Positions 10,810-24,771 of a DNA stretch of 64,000 bases are shown in pieces; the first letter of the stretch is position 1; each line of letters opens with the position of its first letter. Origin of the DNA: Raillietiella orientalis (Eukaryota); the NCBI GenBank assembly GCA_036172245.1, contig JAYWIR010000019.1:2356001-2420000 (forward strand). Direction: 5' to 3'. Below the pieces are notes generated by a model. That model worked only from the letters and a program-made list of their open reading frames with translations. It had not been told where the DNA came from and ran no database searches. Made by a program: the position numbers and the translations under genes.

Positions 10810-13800
10810 ATGGCAGAAAAGGGTGAAAAGGTTGTGAAACAACAGCAGATTAATCTCACCATGCCTTCAAATCAAGGCCAACTAGCATCTCATCAAAAAC
10901 CAGTTCCCATGAAACTTTTTGCTTCTTGGGAAGTGGATCGTTCAACATGCAGTGTTGTTCCTAGGTATTTTATTTTATTCATGTCCTGGGGCATTCACAC
11001 AAATTTATGTATTATGTACATATTACAAACAAGATTTCTATTTATGACTTTTTGTATTTGAGTTGCTATGGTTGTATGAAATGCGTATCTTAACAATTAC
11101 AGTTTTTATCAGTCTATTAAACATTTTTCTTTTAACTGCATTATATTTACTTTTTAGTAATGTTTTATTTCTTTTAGATTATGCACATTAACAATAATCT
11201 ACATAGATTTAATCAAGCCTCTTGGAGCAGAAATCACTTCTGTTGTTATTGCAGTGAAAATACAAGCAAAAGTAAAAGTTCTTGTGTAGCGTTATTTTTT
11301 AATTTCTATGCATTGTAGAATTCCAAGCGTATACTCAGATCATGTGAAATTATGATATCCCAGAATGGTCTCTTGAACTCAAGTCTTGAACTCACATTTT
11401 CCTTACAAGTAATGTCTTCGCTTTATAATATGATATATTCAACTTATTTCAGTATCCGCATTTTATTAAGAGAGATGTCAATAGACTCGAAATTTTATTG
11501 CAGAGAAGGAAAAAATATAAAAATCGCACGATTTTAGGATACAAGACGTTAGCAGTTGGCATTGTTAATATGAATCTGGTATGGATCATTACTTTGGAAA
11601 AACTCTTAGACATTGTTAGCTACTCTTTTTGTATGTGATTTTGTGGGAACCAATTCATATTGAAGCTGAAGGGATGTATCAGTTTTTATAGAAAAGTAAA
11701 GCTAATTTTACAACACCTCAAAAAGCATGAGCTATTAAAGTGTATTCTAGTGAAAACAATCCAAGTTGGTTTGAATAAATCTTTTTTTTAAGGCATTACA
11801 AAAACAACTGGATTTTGAGCTCCCACTCTACAGTACATTGAAAGAAAAAAGTTCTCCTATTGCATGTGTATACATTCGAGAACTAAGTAGTCAGCCTGTT
11901 GAAAACATTGATGGTTTTGGTGACTTTGTTAAGCCATCCTTACAAGGTGTTGGTTTCATATTTGTGTATTTTTATGTATATTATATACAATAGGGCGTAT
12001 TATGGATCATGAAGATTCAGATGATGATGATGAAATAAGTTCGCAAGATGAAGGCAGCGACAGTGAAGTTATAATCGAAGGGAGTGAACCTGGAGTCCAG
12101 CGATTATGTAAGATGGGGAGGCCTAAGTTAGCTGCAACATTTACACACAGCACAAGGGTAAGTAGTGCTGGAGAGAAAATATGCTGTGTAAAGTAAACTT
12201 TGCAGCAAAGAAATCTAAAACAAAAAATCGCTGCTCTCTTGAGGAGATTTAAAGTGAGTGATGATTTGCAAGAGTTGTCTCATGATCAGGAAGATATTGC
12301 TAGTAAATTATCAGGTATTTGTGTTTTTTTAATACCTAAATTTGACAAAAATGTTTTAGCTGTTGATCAAGAAGATATTGAAGATTTGTTCAATGAACTG
12401 GAAAACTTGAGTGATTCAGGGCCAGAAATTGATACTTTATCTGTGTCTTCTATTCCTAAACCTTCACTGAGGCCCTTTTTTTCGTCTAGCAAATCCTTGT
12501 TGCATGAAATTCCAGTTATCAGTGGTATTGTTATTTTATCTGATGTGTTGTTCTCATGTATAATGTTTTTAAAAAGGTTTATATCTGTGGTAACATTTAT
12601 TGCCATAATTCATTTCACCAGCACTAATTTGATTTGGTTGTAGAATGCCATGGTACATCAGAACATGTTAGTGATGAAAGTTCTAAAGCAGAATCTGACC
12701 CTCAAGTTGTTTGGACAGATTTGAAATACAAAGATATGAAACAGTGCAGTTGTCCTTGCTGTGAGACACAAGATATAGATACAGAGTTAGAGAAACCAGT
12801 AGATGCTTCTTTTCCAAGGAATTTAGGTGTTTTAGAGGAAAGATCCATAAAAGACAAAAAAGAGCAAAGTGATTCTGCTTATCTTACAACAGTGATGGAT
12901 AATGAGGTTGGTGTCTTCAACTGTATGTTGCTATTAGTACATGGTTCTTAGATTCGAAAGCACATTCAGGAACAATTAATACCGATGTTTTTTCAAGCTG
13001 ATGATGTTTTTCCGGAAATTATTGTTTTAACAAGAATGAATGATTTTCATGGATTAGCAGTTGCAAATGCTCTTGAAAAGAGGCATGCAAATGTCATTTG
13101 CACCAATAGTCTATCTGAAGTACGGACCATTTTAACTGCACTTATCACACGAATTCAAAAATTGTGAGAATTGGTAAATGTCTTATTTACAGAAAATCTC
13201 TTACCTAGCTGTAATACCAATGCCAAAGCACCTTCATCCATGAAGCTAGTATTAGTTGGCTCAGATGTGTTTGTAAATTGTGTATTGCAGCCATATGTAG
13301 AATTACTGGCAACAAAGTCACCAGATTGGAGTTCCTATCTGCGATTTCTTCATGTACCATTAGGTAGATAAAATCAGATGAAAACAAATTTATAATCAGT
13401 TTCAGCAACAAGCAATCTGTCCCGTTATTTAGGTAGCATAGATAGCATTTATCAGTGCATGTTTGTAGATACATCATGGCGAGAATTAATTGATGGGACA
13501 GTTTCAGAAGTAGCAAATATGGATGAAGTAATATCACGAATTATGAGGTATTCAGCTGAAGCAACAAACAACATTCTGTTACCAATTGCTGAGGCGATGA
13601 TAATTACCTTCAAAGAGAAAAAGTGAGTCACTTTTTATGTTAAAGGTATTGGATTACAAGCTTCCATTTCTGTAGTGCAGAGGAAATGTCGGCGCAAACA
13701 TTTATTCCATTTCTTACAGTAAGTCTAAACACAGATTGTGTATGATTTTTGTGGAACATTACATAATGCTTCTTTTCTTTTTCTAGGAAGTGAAATTTGG

Positions 13801-14698
13801 GCATTTTGAGACATTGCCATCAGGTGCTCTTGATCAAGATGAAATTATAAATTCCCAGTGTCCTGCACCTTTTGTTACCAATGCATCTGATAGCAAATGT
13901 ATTTCAGTTGTCAGTCCACCTACATTTTCTCGAGACAGTAATGTTTCTCCACCTAATTCACCAAGTTCACTGTCCCAGCCCTTCAATCTCAGGTAAACTG
14001 TTGTCAAATGCTGTACATATTTGATGTACTCCCCAACAGAGAAGTGTCTATGCAATTGCTGCCTGTCATTTGCATATTAATGGACGATTTCTGACTTTGT
14101 AACTTCTTCCACTAGTCGGGATTTACCATCTGCAAATACGGAGTTTGCTGACTTGCATCTGGAATACTGGCTGGGTGGTGGAAAATCCGGAGAGCGTGAA
14201 GGCAGACGTCCTGACATGAACAAGTTTTCACTGAAAGCCAGTTTTCGTAACTTGGTTGTACAGCGTCTCCCATCACTGGGTGAAACAGCTACAAATAACT
14301 TGGCATTACATTATGTTTTAAGAGATAAACGTCATAAGAGCAAATCATCCGAAATTGTTCAGTTTGGTTTCCAAGAGGCTTTCACTTCAGGTGTAGTAAT
14401 GATGAGTGAAATATATGCTAAAATTTTCTGCAGTTATGCGTCGAGGTAAAAAGAAAGAAAAAGAGCTGGAACAACGGGTACAGGTAGTTGACAATGTGAC
14501 ACGGCTAATTTGCCATGCCAAGTCCACCCCTTTGAAAGGTACTGTTATGTTCAAATTGACAGCTGATTTTAATTATAATTTTAACTAGTGACTATTGATA
14601 ATGTGGAATGGGTGAACGTCAAATTCTTTCAACTGTCTGCCCAGTGGCCTACACAAGTTAAGAACTTTCCTGTTTTACTATTCAACTCCTCTGAGTGA
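10810..14698 (+). CDS. PACS: Phosphofurin acidic cluster sorting protein (PACS-1/2; Drosophila KrT95D-like), multi-exon
   Basis: [161 protein letters not shown]; stop TGA 14696-14698; short GT-AG introns restore frame. Confidence 0.95.
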
Positions 14699-14776
14699 AT
14701 CATGGTTTAGATACAGATGTTTAGCTAGACAAGTATGCATGTTAGCAACTTAGTTATATAGCATTTTCTTGGCCAA

Positions 14777-14782
14777 AATAAA
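14777..14782 (+). terminator. Likely PACS polyadenylation signal
   Basis: AATAAA about 80 nt after the PACS stop and 9 nt before the FAM50 stop codon. Confidence 0.55.
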
Positions 14783-14790
14783 GGTGTTTA

Positions 14791-16190
14791 CTAGTGTTTC
14801 TTTCCTTTATCAGATATGGTATACTTGTCATAACTTTTGCTGGGATCGAAAGGTTCCCATCGACTTGCAGGAAAAATGTGCTTGTTTCTTTCATACCAAG
14901 ACCGTAAAAGCACTTTCCCTGCATGTGACTCATCCTTTTCTATGGTGGCATCACTTAACAGTCGCACATCATCATGTACATCAAAACTAAACAAGGGACC
15001 ACTTTTTCCTCGTGCCTGAATACTGTTAGCAAAACTTAAAAGTAAAATTTTCACTACCTTTGTGACAATAAAATCATAGAATGTGTAATGATGTGGTATA
15101 ATAAGGTCTTCTTTAACAAACATAAGTTGATCTGCACTCACAGGTCTCAATTCATTAAATTCTTTTCTCAATATTTCTAAACATTTCTGCAGAAAATGGT
15201 AGATTGAATGACCTTTCTTCATGCGAAGCTTGCGTTGGTGTCCTGAACCATCCCAATAACTGAAGGTAATCTCAATATCTTCATTTTTGAGAGCTTCCTG
15301 TTTTGCAACCCATTCCTTTTTGATTGCCACATTAGTTGAATTAATAGATTAGATAAAACCTGTCTTAATTCTTCTCTTAAGCGATTATCTTCTTCTTCTC
15401 TTTCGCGATCTGGCAAGAAACTTGTATCAACATCAGGATTTTTACCTATTTTGCTTTTCTTGTGAGTTTTTTCAGATTGCTGATTCAAGTTTTGCATGGA
15501 ATCATCATCACTATCTTCTTCATCCAATCTAAAAGACAATTGTTGAATCTAAAAAGTATTTGGAACCATTGCCTACTCAATATCTTATGAATCCAAATAA
15601 TGTACCTGTGCTTTTTGCTTTCTCTTTTCTGCTTTTTTAGCTTCAAGTTCTCTTTGCTTTTCTAACTGCTTTTCCATTTGTCTTTTAACTAGTTGCCTCT
15701 CCCTTTCTTTGACTACCGTTTCCTGCTTGGCTTTCATTTCATTAAGAGTTACAAGACCAATTGTAGAACTCTATTGGGATAATGGGAAGAAAAAAAAGAG
15801 AGAACTAATGAAATATCCAGTTTTGTACAATGGAGATAATAAAAAAATATATACACTAAAGTCCATGTCTAAACTGAATTATTATTCTGAAACAAAATTT
15901 TCTTTAATGTATTTAAACTCAATTAAAAATTAACTCAGGAACATATAGAAACAGACTGAAACAACTTCAATGATAAACAACAAGTAACTCAGGTTTGTAT
16001 GATGGCATACTTTCAATTGTTGCTCCACAGCATCATAATGGGCAGCGAATTTGTTCTCAATATTTGCCAATTTAAGATCTTCTTCAATCTTCTTCTTCTG
16101 AAATTCTATTTCCTCATGAGCTTTCTCACGTTTCTTCATTAATTGTAGTGCACGGCCTGCTTCACTAGCTGCTCCTTTATAATGTGCCAT
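14791..16190 (-). CDS. FAM50: FAM50 / XAP5 homolog (spliceosome C* associated nuclear protein), 5 exons
   Basis: [126 protein letters not shown]. Confidence 0.97.
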
Positions 16191-19100
16191 TGTGTATTTG
16201 TGTAGAAAACAAAACTAACTATTTAGTTTACTGAAAAATGTGTTCAAAACCAATTAATTCGATACAGCATTGAACAAAACAATTGCAAACTCAAATTACT
16301 GCTTCAAATTAATTAGCAGTCCAATCCGAAAAACAAAAGTAATAGACAAACAATGCATAATTATTACAATGCCAATATATTAATTTCAAAATCAAATTAA
16401 TAGTTTTCACTAAAACTCATGAATATCTTCAATTAACTTATGGTGGCACGTGCTCCGTACCCAAATTTTTGTCCAAAATTGTACACACGTATTCATTCAA
16501 CCGCCACTACAAGACTAACAGCAAATAGTTTATGTATATAAGAATACCTACGTAAACCTAAGTTAGTAAGTTAACAATAAATATAAATGCAAAGCTCATT
16601 CAAGTATGGCTACAGAAGAAATTAAGTTTTCAAAAACAGAACCCCACTCTCAAGTGCGTCCGTCTTTCTGTTACCACATACATAAGGCGCTAACGCGCCC
16701 AAATTGTATTTTGGATTTAGACAAATAAAACGTGAATAACTTTAAAACAACTTTACATAATACTCTCATACTACTGTTTTTTTTTTTTCTGATACGTTCA
16801 CAGCGCTGCCCATTACTCATTAATATGAGATAGATATTTACAAATTTTAACTCAATTTTTCGAGACGTTAACAAAGTTTGGAAATACATTTTCATTTGAA
16901 ATAGCTTTCTAAATACCAAATCATTCACCCAAATGAATGAGCTCGAGTGTTAGATATGTGTACATTTAAATCAGTTTCAAGTGACAGAAATCAAGGCATT
17001 TTTCCAATCTATGGGCTTTTTATAAAGAAAACAACTTTTGTGTACAATATTATGGCAATAAAATACAATTTAGAAGAAAAAAAGAAGAAAGCAGGAAGGA
17101 AATTCAAATTGATCGTACGAAAAGCAACGATGTATACAGAACAACCCGGGCAATAGAATAAACCATATCAAGGCAAATGTCCCTCGTCATGGGGACGTTT
17201 ACAAACTCAAATGAAATGAACGTCAATATATACTCTTAATATGGTTGATTCATGACAAATGATACAGAACAAAACTTCACGAAAGAAATACTGTATTACA
17301 TAGGAAATGCTACACTTAATTTGTCTAATAGATTACATCTACGATCTAATTTAAACATGGATATTCAATAGTTTCTAAGAATGCTCATTATTTTCCGCAG
17401 CGCACTAAAGGGGACCATTATTCATACAAATCAATGATGCTAATTAATCAGCATGCTATTAGAGGACAGCAACATTATCGGCTTTCCTAACAAAAAGGCA
17501 ATTTAAAAATGTCAAACGCACAATCCCATACTAAGAATCAAAACAAAGAGTTTAGGATGAATGCCATAATGCAGGTGTTAGTAGTATGATCCGAAATTTC
17601 AAACAAAAGAAATTTATATTTATAAATCTAAATAGCTGTCATTTCGTTCAACGAAAAGAAGTATAGAATATCATGAGGAATCCTTGCCACTCATTTTCTC
17701 TATGGAAAAATACAAAACTCAGATAACTGAGATAACCACATTTGATGCTTGCAATTCAAATGTCAATGTTTTTTATTCTTCATCGCGAACACTGAAATAG
17801 ATAACAAATAAGAGATTCTAGGTTTGTATTTGTCTCGAAGAAAAATGCTGATTTTGAACACTTAGAGATATTTTCATGATAAATGGTTACTCGACAATTT
17901 TTCGAGATAATTTTATCACTTGATGTGTTTATGATACATTATAGAGTATGCACAATTTGTTGAAATTTTCCTATTTTTCGATTCAGTTTCCATTTGAAAT
18001 AACGGTCAAAAATACTTCTGGAGCATTTTCATTTGTCCCATGTTCAGTTACGCTGTTCATTGATGGTACAAAATATTGATTTAAATGTGTATTATCAGGT
18101 ATAGATATTGAAATTACTGGATTCCATAGACAGCATATCATACCACACATGTGGTCAGAGGTTTGATTCGACTTTCTGCTTGTAAAATCGATAAATATTT
18201 TGTATCTGTTACTCATCAACGGTGGAGCGTGGTTGTCACGGAGATTCTTCTTTTTTTCTGTCTCATTAATGAAATTAAGAGGGTAAACAGAAAATTATGG
18301 TGGATGTATCGAAATCTCTGCAGTGCTTATATGACCCGTTGCCAAATTGAAAACATGTTCCTAATTCCTGAAAGCTACATTTTGAATTCTTCCTCCAGTA
18401 CTGTTTCGAAACCCGTTCCTCACAGTAAGTTCGTGCATACTCCAGAATTTTCCAAAATGGCAACTATTAGTATGCTGCTAACCTTCGCAGTATTTAACAG
18501 TCTGCTGTCTACGGTGCATCTCTTTTACATTGCATTTCATTTGTGCAAATTTTTTTGCCACACTGTGGCTGTTGGATTATCAATGGTTTCCATCTTCTGG
18601 ATCACTGGATATTTGAATGTACAAGAACTGTTAGAAAAAATTAGTTTCATATTTACGACTCCATTTTGGATTGGACAGAAATGTATAAACCTGCAATATT
18701 AATTATGGAAATTTCGGGATTATCAAAAAGCATCTGAAGCATGTAGGAATAAAGAATGACATTTCTTATTGTATTGCAAGGAAGGAAATGCTGGCCACAT
18801 AGTATTTTTTTTCCTGATTATTCTAAAGAATTCAGAAAAGCGTGTTTCCCATAGTGCACGACCACTCGTAAAGAGCCTGACCTTCAAAATCATAAGGCGT
18901 GTTCCTGTTATTCCTTTTGGGGGACTGCGAGGTGCATGCAACATTTGTGTGTAGCTTTCTGCTTTTTAAATGGCCATCAAAGAGTCTCTCTGCTTGTATC
19001 AAAAAAAAAAAAGAACAGAACAAAAGACTTGGAACACATCAAGCGTGAGATTTCTGGAATTTGTTTGATAATGGAAAAAAAGCTGTTTGAGAATTCCGTA

Positions 19101-22100
19101 GGCTGTAATTCGATTTCAAACTCCTATTCCAAAGCCAAATTGAAACAACGAATGAAAGTAGGAGGGCATCAGTTTTTCATTCTCATAATGATATGTACTT
19201 AAACATGTTACTGTTTACTTTATCAGTTTCCTGTATAGTAGAGAATCGAGATTTAATTGAACGCACAAAGTGGTAAATTAAGTTGAGTGGAGCTTTAATT
19301 TGGTCATGGTTTAAAGGACAGCATTAGAAATCTTTAGGTGCCAAAAACAAAAGGACATATAGTACCCTGATTTATAAATTGAATCAACGAATCCTTCTAT
19401 TACATTAAAAGTGTTACGTTAACAGCACACTATGACAAAGAAAAATATATTTCCCCGTCTTCGTGAATTGAAAGCACTGCCCAAGGTAAAAAATTATAAA
19501 CAAATTTCAGAGAGGATTCCCGCTTGCTTTGTTAAGCTCGACTTCGTAGAGGGTTGTAGCATGGAATGAGACACAAACTTGAAAAGCAAAATTAAATGAG
19601 GAATCAGTAGCTTGCGGTGACAGTGAGTTTCCATTGAATTCACTTTTTGTAATTTTGTAACCGCTTAGGAGAGAAATTATTAGTGATTTCGGTAAAGGCA
19701 TCTGCTCACGATACATTTTCGTAGTTTTCATAAATGGAGATATGAGGGACAGTTTCATTTTGATTATTATGAAACTTTTAAAAGACACTCTTCCACCCTG
19801 TGTTCTCATCCTTTAGTATGTTGTTCATTCCTGCTTATCCTAACTCGTATATCTCATGCTTTCAGTATAATTAATAAAAAATCGGAATCATCTACCTAAA
19901 TTTTTACATTTCAAAAATAAACCAAGTATTCCATCGAATTGAATATTTTTTGGAGGAAGCAAAACTTGATGTGATCAATACCTACCAGGTGAAAAACTTT
20001 AAGCATTTCATGAAAGCTTGAGAACCTTTAACTCTCCGAACAAACAAACAGTGTATTTGCAGCATCAACCATGTAAGGGTTTTTGTTGAACGATGATATA
20101 GTATCGAAATATAGATCCGAAATCAAGGATGTCGATAAATCAGGAACGAATAATTAGGATCTAGCATCCTGTACTTATCTGGGAAAAAATCTTCTAACTT
20201 CATTGGGTTGGTTTTCAGTGAACGGAAATCATGAGGATGCGGAATGAGAATAGAAAAAGTTTCACAAACATGCGGATGCTACAACCGCAGGTTGATGAAA
20301 TTCGATGAAACCGTTATTTGAATACAAGGAACAGCGTTGGACTGTAAGAAGGAAATTATAACCTGTGCCTCAAAAAGATCGAACCTCCATTTCTATTTCT
20401 TAAAACGAATACCAAGAATAAAGTTGCAATTTTTTACGTGTTCACATGTGAATGAAGTCGAATAACATCCATGTTATTTACGTTTACCACATTAATGGCG
20501 TACTGAATTGGACGTTCTTATGAAAATTCAACACAAAAACATGGGCAGTCTCTCCAGCACATTGAAATTGGACACAAGGATTTATTCATAAATTCATGGA
20601 TAATGTTTCTGCTTGCATTTGTTTATCCTTATAAACAAATGCAAGCATTCTCTATCTTACCCTTGTAAGATAGAGAATCACGCTTTTTTGAGAGTTTATC
20701 AGATTTTAAAAGAAGGAAAAATTTCAGTCAGTCTGTCACTGAATCTGATGCCTTTCAAGCAATATAATATGGACTTTTTTAAAAATGATTTTTGCTAATT
20801 TCCCTTTTGTGTTACCCTCTGAGAATGATGAATCCTTAAGGAGTATAACCTCATTCATATTGAGAATTATGGAAAATCAAAGCTGGAAAATAAACACCTT
20901 CGATAGAATATTGAAAATAAATGTCCTCAATAAAATATGGAAATGTCATGGATAGTCCTTTTGTAGCTCAATATTTCGTTGTGCTTTCCATGTGCTTGTT
21001 TTAATCTGTGATCTGGTTCAAAGATTAAAATCTAGTTTTTAGAAACGCTTAATTTTTTTCTTTTTCAAGACACCCTTACATTGCTCGAGCATCGAAAACC
21101 ACTAAAAACTCCTAAAATATTAATTGCTGAAGCACAAGTTAGACTAACAGGGACCCATGTACATATCTGCATTTTATCTATGCTTGAAGTATCATTTATG
21201 TGACATTTCAATGCGCGTCATAGTTGTACTTTAACATTCAGTTCGGGTAGAAGGAGAATTTGGATACGCATGATTTACAATTAATAAACACGATGTACCT
21301 TTGCTTATGAAGGCAGAGTTTCCAAGTTTAAAACTTAATGATAATGGGCACCATAAACAAGATTCTTGATGTGTCGGATAAAGTTTCATGCAAACTGTTG
21401 AGGGAGGCAACAAGAAACCTCTTTCTGTTACTTATGATTTATTTTTCTTCTAGAACTCAAAGATTACCTGAATATAAATTTTTTTATATGCTTTCCAAAA
21501 AAAAACACTTCAAAAAAATTATTTTATATGTATCCTCTACACATTTATTTGCAGATTCATACCCTATGAAGATGTTTATATTCCTCAGCAATAAGCAATT
21601 TTCTTACTAATGTGATATATATCACATTTTAAGACAGTTGATGTTTTGAGTGGTAAAAACAATAAAACTGAAGATTCATTAATCAAACATACTTTTTCTC
21701 TTCCTAGTTAGAATGAAAATAATAAAAATATCAAGTAAAAAATTATTTCTCAAAGTGCCTGATTATTCATCCGGTTTTCAGTTTGCAAACTTCAAAATTG
21801 CCATGCTTTTTAGAAGGAACAAGTATTTATAGCCTACCAGATCAGTAATCTTCAGATATTCCTAGTTTAATAATTTTTATGTTAATGCCTAATTGAAATG
21901 TATCTAGTGTTTTCAATTCTATGAAAATTAGTACATAGATTCTGAATTTGTACATACTAGTTTATATATTTATTTATATCGACAATTTATCATCCATTCC
22001 TTTGGTCATTCGGTTTTTAGCCTTTGCTAGCTGAAGAACTCATAATACATCGACTTTGGTTGCAAATTTATTTGATTTTTTTGTCAAGCTTTGTTAATTT

Positions 22101-22358
22101 ATTCTATTTTTAAGCATTCAGCAAATAAATATAAATTTTTAATATTTTCTGAAGTGGTGATTGGTCACTTATAATGAATTATGGAAGGTTTCTCGTCGGT
22201 AGACTTTTATTTAAGTGAGTAATTCGATTTTAAAAATTAGTCATTCTGCGACGCATAGCTTTGTACGCTTGTTTGCCATTTTGGTTTTGTCCGGCGTGTC
22301 TAGTGAGTGTGCTCTGTAGGATTTCGAATTGGAATTCGTTACAACTATCTGTAAAACA

Positions 22359-23066
22359 ATGGATTCCGATAGTGCTGATGAGAGAAATATAATCATGATG
22401 GATAAAGAAGAATCGGGAGCTAAAGTTTACGTGAAAGGTTTTGCGGAATCTGTTGCTAAGGAAGATTTTGAAGAAATCTTCGGGAGATTTGGAAAAATAC
22501 GAAGTGTCTGGATTGCTAGTAATCCAGCAACTTATGCATTTGTGGAATTTTATGATCAGAGAGATGCTGGAAAAGCTGTTGATGAATTGAATGGAAAGAA
22601 TATTCTTGGTGGCAAACTTCTTGTCGAAATGTCACGTAGAGAGTCTAGATCGTATCGAAGCCGAGGAGGTAGAGGCACTTATTTTCGTGGAAGAGGAAGT
22701 CGTTTTTCTGGATATAGAGGAGGCAGAGGAACTGTAAACTTTAATAGGAATTTTAACAGTGGGTCGTCAAACTGGAGAGGTGGAAGGTCAACACGAAGCA
22801 GGGGATTTGGAAGCCGTGGCTTCACCGAAGGTAGAAATATGAACGATGAGTATAGAAGAAATCCTATGGATGCAAGAGGCGGAAGGGAAAGAGATTATGA
22901 TCGTGGATATGAAAGAGGACGGCAGTATGAAAAGCATCCTCATTACAATAGATATGATAGACCAGAGTTTTTCGATGTGACTTCTGGAGTGAATCATTCC
23001 GATGATTCCGGATTTCATAGTAATTCAAGATACAGAAGTCGCTCCCCCGCCTCAAGGTTTAGGTAA
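22359..23066 (+). CDS. Rsf1: Rsf1-like RNA-binding protein (SRSF3/7-type RRM plus G/R-rich tail); possible longer spliced isoform to 24501
   Basis: RRM KVYVKGF..KEDFEEIFGRFGKIRSVWIASNPATYAFVEFYDQRDAGKAVDELNG..LLVEMSR, followed by an RGG-rich region rather than an RS domain or Zn knuckle, ending RYRSRSPASRFR*, like Drosophila Rsf1. Candidate extra exons at 24223-24369 and 24456-24501. Confidence 0.8.
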   Translation: MDSDSADERNIIMMDKEESGAKVYVKGFAESVAKEDFEEIFGRFGKIRSVWIASNPATYAFVEFYDQRDAGKAVDELNGKNILGGKLLVEMSRRESRSYRSRGGRGTYFRGRGSRFSGYRGGRGTVNFNRNFNSGSSNWRGGRSTRSRGFGSRGFTEGRNMNDEYRRNPMDARGGRERDYDRGYERGRQYEKHPHYNRYDRPEFFDVTSGVNHSDDSGFHSNSRYRSRSPASRFR

Positions 23067-24771
23067 GTAGTCTGTTGCAATCACTTGAATGTGCATGTTA
23101 AGTTTCCAGTTTTAGAGAATTGCTTGAGTAAATATGGCATTGGTTCATAGTAATTAAAAAATAGACTTAAAGTACATGTAAATCACGTGTCTTTCTTTTG
23201 AATTACCTGTTTTCAGTCATTTATGTGCACAGCACATTTCATATTACTTAAACAGATTTTAAAAATTGTCTATTATGCAGTTTCATGGTACTTGGATTGC
23301 AATGGTTACCACATATCTAATGAAGATAATTGGAATGTCATGTTTTGATTTTTTTCTCTGATGTGTTCTTATACTTAGGATAATAGAGATTTCAGGAAGC
23401 ATTAGCATCTGTAATGAATCATACAGATTTCTCATAATTGGAATGCCTTAAAATCTCAGATAGCATAAAACTTCATTATTCTTTGTAACTTTGTAAAATT
23501 TGATGCCCTCCAAAGGGACCACAATGAAGGAAACCCAGTTATCTTGTTTTTGAATAACAGTTTTACCAACTTACTCAGAATTTCCAAAAAAAATCTGAGA
23601 ACATGTCTTCCTTAGTACATGTTCGAAATATGAAGACAAGGTATCTGTTAAATACATTGACAAATTTTTAAATTAACAGTCCATTTGCATAACTATATGA
23701 AGCTATTTCTGAAGTATTTGTTCAAAGTTTGAAACACAACTATTTGGAATTAATGAACCAAATTCAAAATCACATTCAACTCCAGAAGTAAACTCCTGAA
23801 TTCAGTTTCTGCCAGTTCAGATTTTATTTTACTATTCAAGCATTACATTACTGTCATCTTGTTAAATGTTATCTTTTGAATCAATAATTGGAAAGGGTGA
23901 TTCTACACTAGCAAAATTAATTGTGAATTATACTAACTTTTCATAAAATCTTCAAATCAGTAACAGAAGAAATAACTGGTCATTCAGTTTATGCTTTCAT
24001 TCTTAAGCAATTCTTAACTGTTATATTACTCAGATTGTAAGGGAACATATTGTTCTGCCCAGTTGAAAAATTAATTAGTCTTCATTATATGTTACACATT
24101 TTTGCTGAAGAAATTATCTTGTGAATATTGAAAGTATCAGTAAACGTTAGTTTTGCATTGTATGCTCAATCAGTTAATGAAGATGATGCCTAATGCTACA
24201 TTCACTATTCTCTGTTATATAGAAAGTACAGCAACAGTTATAATTCACGAGATACTAATTTCACCTCAAACCGTGGCAGTGGAAGAAATTACTACAATTA
24301 TGAAAAACCTACTTCTGACAGACCAAGATCTTATGGAACATCAAAAGATTTTCACCCTAGAAATAACAGGTACTCTTCTGAACAATGATTAATGTGGAAA
24401 ACAGTTTAAGTTCATATATTGGTTTGGATACTAAGATGTGTTTCATCATATCTAGCTCCTTTGAAAGGAGGATGTCTTCTTCTTCTAGAATGAGGTATTG
24501 ACTAAAGAGAGACTCCTGCAGTATCAAGGGCAGTCCAGATGTAAGATACCAGCCTCAACCATTTTACCATAATTAGAAAAAAAAATGTATAGACTTTTAT
24601 GGTGACATTCTTTTTATTTTATGTTCTTTATCTGTTGGAACCACTAAAATTTGCTTCATCTTCATATCCACCTTGTGTGTTTCAAAAAAAAAAAAAATAG
24701 ACAGCTAGAGCATGTTTGTTGCACTGATATGGTGCTGCTCTATAAAATAAAATATAAAAATATTGATTGGA

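Noticed and set aside
11266..14433. Two further possible GC donors in PACS (11266 and 14340) that would match the remembered homologue length better
   Set aside because: In-frame GT donors at 11272 and 14391 give typical 47- and 43-nt introns, so GC is not required; needs RNA-seq.
17983..21610. ORFs between FAM50 and Rsf1, including 183 aa at 18151-18702
   Set aside because: No recognisable domain or consistent exon structure; probably decayed repeats or chance ORFs.
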